DNA of 63,370 nucleotides, counting the filler, from Folioceros fuciformis (lineage: Eukaryota): assembly GCA_049999805.1 (NCBI GenBank). It is 4 parts of 3 records of this genome, joined end to end, with 100 filler letters (N's around TTAATTAATTAA, not from the genome) between each part and the next. Parts side by side here need not be neighbours in the genome. Positions count along the whole stretch, not along the records: positions 27,459 to 54,229 come from JBNGIO010006141.1; positions 54,330 to 60,020 come from JBNGIO010006144.1; positions 60,121 to 63,370 come from JBNGIO010006155.1; 1 more part is not named here. One strand, 5' to 3'. The notes beneath the pieces were generated by a model. The model did no database searches. It was not told where the DNA came from and was given only the letters and a program-made list of their open reading frames with translations. The position numbers and the translations under genes are program-made. How positions within the stretch are numbered: position 1 is the first letter of the stretch; every line of letters begins with the position of its first letter. Below, one piece after another: positions 53,190-63,370 of the stretch.

Positions 53190-54229
53190 TGAAAACAATA
53201 ACAATAGATCTCTGACAAAATATATAACTTATTATAAATCACGTATTTCAAGACAAGCTTATATTGCCGTTGTGGTACTGTGGAAATGGCATTAAGGTCA
53301 ATATGTATTGTTGACCATGTATCATTACTTTTTAACTATGTAGACATGTAAATTGCGGACATGCAACATAACGAATAAACAGATACTCATATGAAACTTT
53401 CAGCATCAGAAACAACATCTTCTATGTTGTATACTTGATGGGGTTGAGATAGCAAACTAAGTACTGGAAGTACGAGAATAATCCTCTTTGTCAAGTTAAC
53501 AATGGCTATAAATAAGCGTAATTCAACTTTATAAACTCATAAAGATATCCATAAATTTCCAATATAATATATCCTAAAGCTTTTGTGAGCAACCATTAGA
53601 ACTCTTGTAAGATTCTCTTCTAGAATTACTCTGTAACAAAGTGGAATGAACTTTACATCAAATATTAGAGGAAAGTCCACCTTAAAGAGGTTGGATGCAA
53701 GTCATAATAAATAATATTTATCTCGTTTTAGACATGTAAGATTAGCTTTTTGTCTAAAGTGTGAGGAGCTTAACAATGAGCTCCACCTCTTACACACTGA
53801 CCTAAGCTTAGCCTGAGAATGGCTCAGCACATAATGCAGAATAAGTGTAACTAATTCCTCTTACATATTTTCCTACACCTCTGTATACATAAGAGGTAAT
53901 GGGTGCAGGGCACCAGACGCCCAAGGCGCCCGGGCGCCTTGGGTCGCAGGTGCGCCTAGAAAGACACGCCTCCGGCAGCGAGCGCCCTGGCCAAGCGACT
54001 GCACCGGGATGCGAGCACCCTAGTGTGGAGGCAAAACCCCGGGCACTGATTGCCGACGGGTCCCACCTTTAGTGGCCACACTTATCCCACTGTCGTTGAG
54101 ACATTGGGTTTCGTTCCCACGAAGGAGCGATGGGGTTCCTTGCTGCTGTGGGTGGAGGGTCGGACTTGATGAACTCGATGATGGATTCGAGGGCTCCCCT
54201 CCAGCTCCGATCAGGCGTAGGACAGGCCT

Positions 54230-54329
54230 NNNNNNNNNNNNNNNNNNNNNNNNNNNNNNNNNNNNNNNNNNNNTTAATTAATTAANNNNNNNNNNNNNNN
54301 NNNNNNNNNNNNNNNNNNNNNNNNNNNNN
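54230..54329. other. assembly spacer
   Basis: N44-TTAATTAATTAA-N44. Confidence 0.98.
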
Positions 54330-55053
54330 GGGTAATGCCGTTTGGTCTTACCAATGCCCCTGCCACCTTCCAGTGTCTCATGCAGGAAGTATTGCGACCC
54401 CTGCTGGGACATGGCGTTGAAGTCTTCCTAGATGACATTCTCATCTACACCCCTGACCCTGAAACACATCTCCAGCTGGTTAGGAAGGTGCTGGACTTGC
54501 TACGGGCCAACACACTGTTCGGCAAGAGAAGCAAGTGCGTCTTCATGAGAGAGAAGTGTGAATACCTGGGACATGTGATCAGTGCAGAGGGCATCCAGGT
54601 TGACACACGTAAGGTTAGCGCAGTGATGAACTGGCCCTTGCCACATGACATAACCCAACTTAGAGGGTTCCTGGGCATGGCCGGCTTCTATAGACACTTT
54701 ATCAAGGGATTCAGCGGATCGCTGTTCCCCTAACGGATGCCCTCCGACATTCCACCAACAAGCCCATCCAGTTGGGAGCCGAGGCCGTCGTAGCTTTTGA
54801 GCAGCTGAAGCAGGCCCTTGGCTCGGCGCTAGTATTGGTAGTGGCAGATCCTCACATGCCATACAACATCCACACAGACGCATCAGATTATGTCATAGGG
54901 GCAGTTCTGTCCCAGCAAGGAAGAGCAATCGCCTACGAAAGCAGGAAGTTGCAAGGAGCACAGCTAAACTACGGAGTGCATGATAAGGAGATGTTGGCCA
55001 TTACACATGCCTTGAAGGTATGGCGACATTACCTCATGGGGTAGAAAGTGGTG
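54330..55053 (+). mobile_element. Ty3/Gypsy RT-RNase H fragment, frameshifted
   Basis: MPFGLTNAPATFQ, VFLDDILIY, YLGHVIS, LRGFLG, HTDASD, AYESRKL, DKEMLAI, WRHYL. Confidence 0.95.
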
Positions 55054-58000
55054 TGTCATAAAGGTTAAGAATAATAGTTATTTATCCAGCATTACTTAAT
55101 TACATAATAATTAGGGCAGATAGTAAACGAGTACATTACAATCGACACAACTAAAGGGTTCCGACTCAAAACACAACAGTCACGCACTTTCACGGCCATG
55201 GGACCCCACAACGGTTGGTCTCGTGACTATTTAAGGAGCCACACGGCTCTTCCTTAATTTTTCTGAACAAAGAAGACGACAGTTTGCACATCCTAGGACT
55301 GAAGCATCACCCGCACTATCCGATAGGTCGCTGATAGAGGTGCTCCATTTGATTAGGTCACAGACAGCTCAAGTCCACAATCTACTTGCGACTCACGCTG
55401 CATAGGCGTGGCAGCGATCCGTAAACCTGTCCAATGAGATTAACAACATTAATACTCACATTAGAACATTGACAAGACAGATTAAGAATCTTACAGTGTT
55501 ATCCTTGAAAAATTCTGCACCTGAGTCTTCTTCACTCGCACCGGTTCATATCACAAGCGCACCAGTTCACATCTCGCAGCAAGAAGAAGAACGACCAATC
55601 ATGAAGATGATCAAGGTTATTCAGAAATATTATCCAAGCCGCGTGGAGCAGCTGGCAGCCCTTGAAGCTAAGGCTGCACTACCTTTGTGAACCCCTGTAC
55701 ATGTCATACAACGCCCAAGGACGTGGAAGTAAGGTTCCGAAAGGTACTAGAAAAGTCAGAGGCACAGGCAAGGGTGTCATACCTGTATCTAGCACATTAC
55801 CTGAAGATCCACTCTCACTTTATTCCTAGTCCTCATCACAAGGTAGTTCAAATATTGTAGATCCAACACTAGCTGCCATTCAAAGAGCACGTCTTGCGAA
55901 AGCCTTAGCAGATACACGTAGAGACCAAGCAGCATTGATCGCACGAACACTTGCGTCACAAGTAATCAATACAATGGCAAATCAAGTACCTATTGTCACT
56001 ACCTTGAAAGTAGACTTTAAGGAGAAGGACCGCTTCTCTGGCACTTAGTTCGACATCTGGTCTCTTAGAATACAAACTATTCTCAAGGAAAATGGGCTGT
56101 GGGGGGTAGTCACTGGTGCTGTACCCAAACCTCTTGCTGCCACTTCTACTCCTACTGCAATTGAGGCTTGGGAGAAGCTCGATCTTTGAGCTCTTGCTGT
56201 TATCCAGTCCGCACTGGATGGATCTATGATGTCACATACACAAGATGTGGCCACCACCAAGGAAGCATGGGACTCTCTCACGCATACCTATCAAGTTAAC
56301 AATGGCTCTTCAATGGTTGGCGCCACAAGAGCATTCTACAACTGCAAGATGCGTGAACATGAATCAGTCGAGCAACATGTGGTGAAGTTAAGACAACTGA
56401 GGTCTAAGCTTACCTCAAGTGGAACGAAGACCACGGAGATGCAAGCGGCAGTTGCTCTACTTCTCTCTCTTCCTCCCAGCTACTGGACTTTTGTAAGCAA
56501 CCAGAGTTCTGCACTGCGTGTTGCAGCCCAAAATACACCAGCAAGACAGGCTCCTGCTGTCACATTATCTGATGTGATTGGAGCTCTTCTCGAGGAGGAG
56601 TCCACCAGAACTGTCAATCAAGGCGGCACCTCCTCCCGAGGAGAGTCATCCACAAGGGCGCTCTATGCAAACAAGGGGCCCAAGAGACAACCACCAAGGC
56701 AGTCCTGGACACCAAACAACAACAACGCTGCTTACAAGAAACGTTCACCTCAAGCTCCAGCTAAAAAGAAGGAGCCTTGCAACTGGTGTCTCATTCCTGG
56801 ACACTGGGAAGCCGACTGCAGAAAGAAGAAGGCCGGTGAAGCCAGAAGATCGGCACCACCTGAATCTAATGTGGTTCAGTGTTAGAAAGGGGAACCCTAA
56901 TCCCCTTATAAATACTCGAACACTTGATGGTTATTTAGGGTTTAATAAGCATGATATGAAACGGTGCCCTAACTTTATGGGCAGGTGGCAAACGACCAAC
57001 TGCCATAACGAACTCTTGTTCACGCGACCACAAAAGGTCGACGTACACAACGCATTAGATACCTTTTCTTTCCTCTCACGCGCCTCGTCTCTAGCGCTAG
57101 TCGATCCTAGTCTATGCCGCAACACTTCAGATACATACCTGGTTCACATCTTGAGCTGGATGTTTTTACGGATTCTGACTACGCTGGTGACACTGACACA
57201 CGTAGGTCAGTATCTGGTTATGTAGTTATGGTTGCTGGAGGACCTATTTGCTGGTCTAGCAAGAAACAACCTACCGTAGCTACCTCAAGCACAGAAGCTG
57301 AGTATCGAGTCCTTACCGCTGCTGCTAAGGAGATTGCCTGGTGTAAGCTGGTGTTTAAGGAGCTTGGGCTACCTCTCCCAACCTGCACAACCATCAAAAC
57401 TGACAACCAAGGATCAATGAACTTGGCACAGAATCCAGTATTTCATTCTCGTACAAAACACGTGGAAGTGGGGTACCATTTCATCAGGGATCTTGTTAAA
57501 TCAGACCAGATTGCTCTTGAGTATGTACCAACTGCAGACAACCCAGCGGACATCTTTACTAAGTCCCTCAGCAGGGACATACACAAAAGGCACATGAAAA
57601 GCCTTGGTATGGGCAGCCATGAAGGCTGTCCAGATTCTCAACCTACATAAACCTAGCCTAGCAAGTGGGAGCATGCAAGTCTCCATGAAGCCTGGAACTT
57701 ATTTTTCGATTGGAGGCAGGCTTGTGCCCACATGGCCTCGCAAGGTCAGCTGAAACAAACAAACGAAGACTGTTCAGTGGATGAAGCCAACAGCAAAACG
57801 AAATCGTGAACAGTTTCTGCAGGCAAATTACATCACACACAAGAAAGCAGGCTCGAAACACTTACAGTTCCTCTCTGGCGGGAAAGTATCGTAGGTGCTG
57901 CCAACTCTGGGCGCGTCACCTACAGTTCCCACAAATCCCAGCTTGGCCAGTTCCTTCACAAGCTGGCGCACATCGTCGAACTGGAGAGGGAAACCACGGG

Positions 58001-58720
58001 GCTCAAGTGGAGGGGTGCTTTCCATCATGTCGCGGAGCTCCAGGACCCTGCACTTCGCCGCCATCAGCGATGCCTGGACTTCCTCACACTTTTTCAGCGT
58101 TTCCAGCATGTGGCAGATGAGATTCCGATCAGCATCCGTTGGCCAACCCTCTGGATGCTGTGCCCTCTGTACAGCACAAAGGGGTGAAGGATCAACCATC
58201 TTCATCCGCTCCCGCCTCCGCTTCAGGCTTCGTTCCTCACTGCTGTTAGCGCTCTCCCTGTCACACATGACGATGCAGACGCTGCAGACTGTCGCGATTG
58301 TTGCCACAACGGCGCACAAAGCTGAGAAAGTGATCAGCACGTTGATCTGTGCCGCAGTGGTGAGCATGTATCCCTCAGTCAGCATCGAGCCGGTCCTAAA
58401 TGGCATCTGGTTACGCCCAACGCCATTACGCTCCCTCGAACTGCAGCTGGACAACTATGTACGCGCGAGGTCGGGAGTGATGCTGCCGATCTGGATTCCA
58501 TGGCTCACGTTTGCAAATGTTTTCCCTGGTGAGCTGAAGAAATCCTTTCGTCATGATTAAACAAGTGGGAGTAATGGATAAATGGTGTGTTTTATCATTA
58601 CTTAAGGGTTTGAGATATTATTCAGCTGCGTATATAGTGTGAGTAGGTCAGTAGGTTAGAAATAACTACTTACCGTTTCGCTAGGGTTGTGTCTTTAGTC
58701 TTTAAGGTCATGCCTTTTCA
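55054..58720 (+). mobile_element. chimeric or internally deleted Copia element
   Basis: LTR-like 55054-55192 (TG..CA); gag ~55974-56879 with stops and zinc knuckle CNWCLIPGHWEADC, homologous to the gag at 16789; another LTR-like start TGTTAGAAAGG at 56880; RNase H 57114-57650 (FTDSDYAGD, SSTEAEY, RTKHVEV, ADIFTK); PPT CAAGTGGGAG then an LTR-like segment 58572-58720. Confidence 0.8.
57828..58406 (-). CDS. antisense accessory ORF inside the Copia 3' region; predicted transmembrane helix plus coiled coil
   Basis: 192 aa from the first ATG; hydrophobic stretch INVLITFSALCAVVATIATVCSVCIVM followed by charged and heptad-like segments. Confidence 0.5.
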   Translation of the reverse strand: MPFRTGSMLTEGYMLTTAAQINVLITFSALCAVVATIATVCSVCIVMCDRESANSSEERSLKRRRERMKMVDPSPLCAVQRAQHPEGWPTDADRNLICHMLETLKKCEEVQASLMAAKCRVLELRDMMESTPPLEPRGFPLQFDDVRQLVKELAKLGFVGTVGDAPRVGSTYDTFPPERNCKCFEPAFLCVM

Positions 58721-58817
58721 GAATTAGATTAAGTTTAGTTGTTTTTTTTACATATACACTTCTTGATATACAATGTAATTACTTTATGTAATTGATTTAC
58801 ACCTTTTCTTAATTTTG

Positions 58818-59999
58818 TCATCTTGGAGCCCGTGTGCACTCACGATGTGTGTGCCATGATTGATGGCAAATCGAGCAATATACTTGATGCCTACTTGGTG
58901 AGGGAGATCGGCGTGGAGTGTGGCTTTTGAGGGCTTTAACCTCCAACTCCGTGAGTCGCTTAGTTAAGGTGTCAATTTGCTCCAACATACTACTATCTTT
59001 TGACGCCTTTCCTGAATGACTTCGTCGTGCTCCCTTGTCCTTCACATCTCGCTCAAGCTCCTCCCTCCTCCTACGGGCCTTAGCCAAATCTCGCTTCAAC
59101 CTACGGTTGTAGGTCTTTTTGGACTCACTTGCAGATGTCGTCTCTGTGTCTGAATCACTCTCACTCCCCTTCTCAATGGAGCTAGAATCCTCCGATGAGC
59201 TCGAATCATCTGAAGATGAGGCGTCCACTCCACGAGAATGTTTCTTCTTCTTTCTCTTTTTCGACTTCTCGTCCTTGGCGCTCCCTAGCTCAGCCGACTC
59301 CCATTCCTTTGCTAACTTCACTGCTCCATCCAATGTCTTAGTGCCCCATCGACAATACTTGTTCATCTCCTTCGAAAGTCCACTGACGAACCAATCAAGG
59401 GCTTGCTCCTGTGAGTAGCCTGGAGTAGGTAGGGTGCTTGGGTGAATTGGCGGACACTTGGGTACTCGATCCAAGTACCCATAGAAACGTTCCACATAGT
59501 CGTACAAACTCTCTCGCCGCTTCCTTTTCAAAGTTTGTAACTTGACCAAGGTATGATTCGCATAGCTCAGACCCCTGAATCTGTCCAAGAATGCAGCTCG
59601 AAGTGAATCCCAATCAGGAGGTCCTGCAGCTCCATAAGTTCGGCTATACCACTATTGAGCGTGCCCTCGTAATAAGCCTGGAAATATCCGTAATCGGTTT
59701 GCAATGGTTCCTTCCAAGTTGGCATGGGAAACATGCTCAAAGGTGCGAATGAATGCCTCTGCGTCTGAATCCCACTTCTTGTCCCCAAACTTCACATATT
59801 GTTGTCGTGTATGAGGTTGTGACAACCCACTAGTCAAAGAACTCACCCCTCCCCCACTCATAGTAGAGTTTTCTTGAGGTGAGGTGTGAATGGGTAGCAC
59901 AACCTGAACAACCACAACTTCCTGCGTCGATGAGGTTCCAGCAAACCTCCCAGTGAGATGGGAAACGTTCAATGGAGATGAGCCGTCAATGTTTCCCAC
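58818..59999 (-). mobile_element. Ty3/Gypsy-type gag remnant (capsid plus zinc knuckle) with one in-frame stop
   Basis: AEAFIRTFE...LLRGHAQ*WY...WDSLRAAFLDRF...ESLYDYVERF...WFVSGL...CSICHQSWHTHREC; the two listed ORFs are in the same frame. Confidence 0.85.
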
Positions 60000-60020
60000 A
60001 ACCTCCCCACGCTCTCCACG

Positions 60021-60120
60021 NNNNNNNNNNNNNNNNNNNNNNNNNNNNNNNNNNNNNNNNNNNNTTAATTAATTAANNNNNNNNNNNNNNNNNNNNNNNN
60101 NNNNNNNNNNNNNNNNNNNN
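60021..60120. other. assembly spacer
   Basis: N44-TTAATTAATTAA-N44. Confidence 0.98.
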
Positions 60121-60680
60121 GTACCATTGCGGAGTAGGGTTCTCTTGTGTGCTTTTCGGGATGAAGGTGGTGTTGAGCCAGCATGCCAGATCCGACCTCA
60201 TCGATGTACTTGGTTTCATGGTGCCGACCCGCTACGCGCCTTGGGCAGAGCTTTTGCTCGTGCACGTAGCTTTTAGAGACTCCTCTTTCCTGGGCCACCT
60301 GTGTGGTATTCTGGCTGGTTTCCTGTACGTCCTATGGCGACTAGGATTCGAAGGAGGGCTGAAGTGGATAACCTCACCTGTCTACATCCTCCTTTTGCCG
60401 GTCGTCTGGGTCTGCAAGATGACCTGGCGCTGGCTTAGGCGCTCGCTTAGGCCAAGGTTTCCTGTGGTTTTCGAAGATTCACAGGGCTTCGTTCTGCAAG
60501 TCCTGACGTGTGGCGTTGCCGGGCTTGCACAGCTGACACTGCCGCGTTTCAGGAAGCCTGTGAAGTATGTTACACCGAACGTCGAATTCCTGATGTGACG
60601 CCCTCGAACCCACCAGGGTCATCTGTAGGAATTGCGACAACCTCGACTTCAACACCTTGCAAAAGTCAGGAGACGATAGC
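60121..60680 (+). pseudogene. RBL14: rhomboid-like protease (RBL14/RHBDD1 type) C-terminal half, frameshifted
   Basis: VGFSCVLFGMKVVL...VPTRYAPWAELL...SFLGHLCGILAG; RanBP2-type finger WRCRAC...CEVC in a shifted frame; terminal ELRQPRLQHL after a further shift. Confidence 0.8.
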
Positions 60681-60739
60681 ACCCTGAATTTTACCGATAT
60701 TTTCTCCCAGCCCACCCAACAGTGAATGACATCTGGTGC

Positions 60740-62270
60740 AATTATGAATGCAGATTGGTCTGCATTCGAAATGGCTATGCCATGTCATCCAAGTCTGCCC
60801 AAGTACCTTCTGCACTCCAAACACCCCCGCATATATTTTCTGCCTCGCGTAGTTGCTCTCTGCCCTGTTACCAGCTCCCACATAATGTTTGACATCAAGA
60901 CAAATGCGGCAGCATCTCTTGCATCCAGCTGCAAGACCTGCTCAAGAGCATGTCTCCCGAGCTTCACGTTGCCAAGAACCTGGCATGCCCGGGCAAAGAC
61001 TGTGCAGACTACAATGCCGGCTTCAGATGGCGTGCTCTAGATGAAGTCCTTCCCTCATCGAGACATCGACCACGACCTAGCAGCATCTCCGGTTGTACGC
61101 CCTCTTGTTCCATTTGCTGAAACAGCGCTAGTGTCCTTCGGCCAGCACCGCTCTCAGCATGGCCCTGGACGACGGCGTTCCAAGGAACCCCATTCCTATC
61201 AGATAGCTCCTTGAACGCCTTTCGAGCACTCAACACCCCGCTCTTACAGCAGTCCAAGACACAAGGTACTTCCCTCGCAATCCATCAAAAACCCTACGCG
61301 CATCCTCCAAGCTCCAACACTTGACATAGGTGTCAACGACGGTGTTCCTCACCAAGACGTGACCCTCACAACCACTTTCCACGACAAGAGCACGAATCAA
61401 CTTGTCAGCAGCCAGGGCAGCCATGCTGTCTCAGGCCCTTGACGGCACCTCCAAACACGTATTCATCGGGCTGCACAAACTCATCCCCCACATCCCACAG
61501 TGCAACCTCAAAGCCTGCTCAGCGCCTCCATGGTTTTCCGTGACCTAAAATTGTGGAAACCGATGGCATGGCATGCCATCGGTTTCCATAGCCGTGACAT
61601 GCGACGAATTGCATAGTATGTATAAGAAGCAATAAATTCTCTGCAGTCACGTTCTCATCAGATTGTCACGGCTAGGTCCGTGGTCCTCAGCTTTCGTGTA
61701 GAGGCTGGGATGGGTTCAGGGTTGCGAGGAAAGTTTATGCGTTGCAGATTACTGGACTAGCACTCCGGCACATGATACCCAGTAGTTGCCACACGAAACT
61801 GCAGATGGAACACCATACTGCCCTCTGATTCTAACTGGGTCCTGCCTACTTCGTGCTGTTTCACGGCACAGAACGTCGTCTGGAGATAGCACGATCATTC
61901 CGAGAGAACATGCTTGCTCCATTTCATACACGAAGTGCCTCCTGGCCGAGTCCATGCTGTACATACTCAACAATCAGCACTGTGCATGTTACTACATCCT
62001 TTGAGGCCATGCTGTCAAAAAAACTTGGCATGCACCCTTCCAGTGTCCACTAGGCAGGTGCCCACCATCCTGTCATCCACCAGTCCTCTTCTCAAAATTT
62101 GAGATTCCAACTGCCCGCCTGAGTTGCACTGCCCTTTTGTAAGGTGAGTTGCACTGCCTTTCTGTAAGGCTCCAGTGCTTCTAAAGGCCTTCAGAAGACC
62201 AGCAAAAACCACAAATCAGCCCATTCCATGTCACATCTTTGGAGGCCATGCTATCAAAAATTTGGTCCAC
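60740..62270 (-). pseudogene. degenerate PLS-class PPR gene fragments with E domain
   Basis: RNTVVDTYVKCWSLEDARRVFD, WNAVVQGHAESG...ALFQQMEQEGVQP, GNVKLGRHALEQVLQLDARDAAAFVLMSNI, FAGLLKA; many frameshifts. Confidence 0.85.
61554..61674. mobile_element. 17-bp hairpin plus an adjacent 82-bp MITE-like element
   Basis: TGGAAACCGATGGCATG-G-CATGCCATCGGTTTCCA (61554-61588); TA-GCCGTGACA...TGTCACGGC-TA (61589-61674). Confidence 0.55.
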
Positions 62271-62272
62271 CT

Positions 62273-63067
62273 CTAAGTATTATACGAGACCGGTTCCACA
62301 AGTTCCAAATCATAATCTAAAGAATGCGCAATGCACTCAATTGCCCGGGCTTGCTCATAGGTCAGAGGCTCCCGTACAATTCTCCAGGTCTTCTTGAGCC
62401 TCTCAAGTCTGTTTGCACTGTCAAACTTCGTGCTATGCACATGCCCAGAAAGGGTTGCGTATATTGCAACCATACCACTTGCCTGTTGCTCTTCAGATGC
62501 CCAGCCCGTGTCCTTCCGTAAACAGTTACTCAATTTAGGGTGAGCCTTGCAGACTGCAGCCCACCAAGCTTTCCTGTTCCCGTCTGGACGACCAAACTTC
62601 AATCCCACAATCGCCTCCAGTTTGTCTTGGAAGAACTCAAATACTCCTCTCAGAGTATTGGAGTTGGACGCCCTCAACAGGTCGTACTCCAGACATTGGA
62701 TTCGGAATTTCGTATTCTCCTCCATCACCTTGATCATCTGCTCCTTGTCTGCAATCCTCTTCTCCTTGTCCAACAACTTGTCCTCAAAGCTCCTCAACAA
62801 CTTGTCCTCAAAGCTCCTCACCATCTTCTCCTTGTCCTCCATGCTCCTCGCCAACAACTCCAAGAGCTCTTCCCGCTTGGAGGGATTCTCTTCTTTCCTG
62901 ATAAGATCCAGAATGTTCCAACGTGCATCATGCTTCACTAGTCTTGAACTAGGAGAAATAGATCTGTCTTCATGCCTGATGAACACAACAAACGATCTCT
63001 CAGCAACAACAGCGCCATCACAAACAACAGCGCCATCACAAACAACAGCGCCATCATCATGGTGCAT
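62273..63067 (-). CDS. intronless hypothetical protein: coiled coil plus helical domain with a YxxLSxxxH motif
   Basis: Frame is open up to the ATG at 63250; an internal ATG lies at 63067. Coiled coil EDKEKMVRSFEDKLL..., then LRGVFE...WWAAV...CL...IYATLSGHVH...AIECI. Confidence 0.65.
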   Translation of the reverse strand: MHHDDGAVVCDGAVVCDGAVVAERSFVVFIRHEDRSISPSSRLVKHDARWNILDLIRKEENPSKREELLELLARSMEDKEKMVRSFEDKLLRSFEDKLLDKEKRIADKEQMIKVMEENTKFRIQCLEYDLLRASNSNTLRGVFEFFQDKLEAIVGLKFGRPDGNRKAWWAAVCKAHPKLSNCLRKDTGWASEEQQASGMVAIYATLSGHVHSTKFDSANRLERLKKTWRIVREPLTYEQARAIECIAHSLDYDLELVEPVSYNT

Positions 63068-63069
63068 CC

Positions 63070-63370
63070 TCGCCCAAGCACTTATACACACATTTTGCCC
63101 AACCAGCCAGCCACCACCCGTTCCCCAAAGCAAAACCCTTGTTCTGTCCTGTCCTGTCTCGAGATCCTGGCCCCAGCACTTGGATACATACATTTTTTCC
63201 CAGCCAGCCTCCCTCTCACCGCCCGTTCCCCAAAGCAAAACCGTTTCCATGTCCTGTCCTGTCCCAAGCTACAGCTGCATACTGCATCCTGGCCCAAGCA
63301 CTTGGATGCATTTATGTTTTCCCGGTCAGCCAACCACCGCCCCTTTTTTTCCCAGCCAGCCTGTCTCCCA
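63070..63370. repeat. ~100-120 bp degenerate tandem repeats running to the window end
   Basis: Recurring CCCAAGCACTT..., CCCGTTCCCCAAAGCAAAACC and TGTCCTGTCCTGTC blocks. Confidence 0.8.

Noticed and set aside
53200..53720. Possible decayed hAT transposase on the minus strand (LRWTF, YLNP)
   Set aside because: Motifs too short and frames too broken to call
57895..58560. 221-aa plus-strand ORF
   Set aside because: Ser/Arg-rich composition typical of the shadow frame of the minus-strand ORF

Overview
Eukaryotic nuclear DNA from a land plant, probably a non-seed plant. Short spliceosomal introns, PLS-type PPR remnants and GC-rich exons would fit a hornwort, lycophyte or fern, but that assignment is inference only. 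Three 100-nt assembly spacers (N44-TTAATTAATTAA-N44) break the window into four contigs, so adjacency across them is not guaranteed. Apparently intact host genes: a secreted single-domain DUF26/Gnk2-like protein, an AFG1-like ATPase, a 5'-truncated giant-exon protein (>2100 aa, unknown function), two tandem subtilases and SNM1/PSO2. Pseudogenes: an RBL14-like rhomboid and PPR fragments. The rest is nested transposon debris: an L1-like remnant, a CRE/R2-type RLE LINE fragment, a full-length Copia with 147-bp LTRs interrupted by a 4.9-kb solo-LTR-like insert carrying a telomere-like satellite, a chimeric Copia with an antisense transmembrane ORF, and Gypsy fragments. The best candidates for something undescribed are the orphan coiled-coil + YxxLSxxxH ORF (62273-63067), the antisense extra ORF in the Copia 3' region, the giant solo LTR and the atypical DUF26 protein. 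All calls come from reading the sequence; no searches were run.
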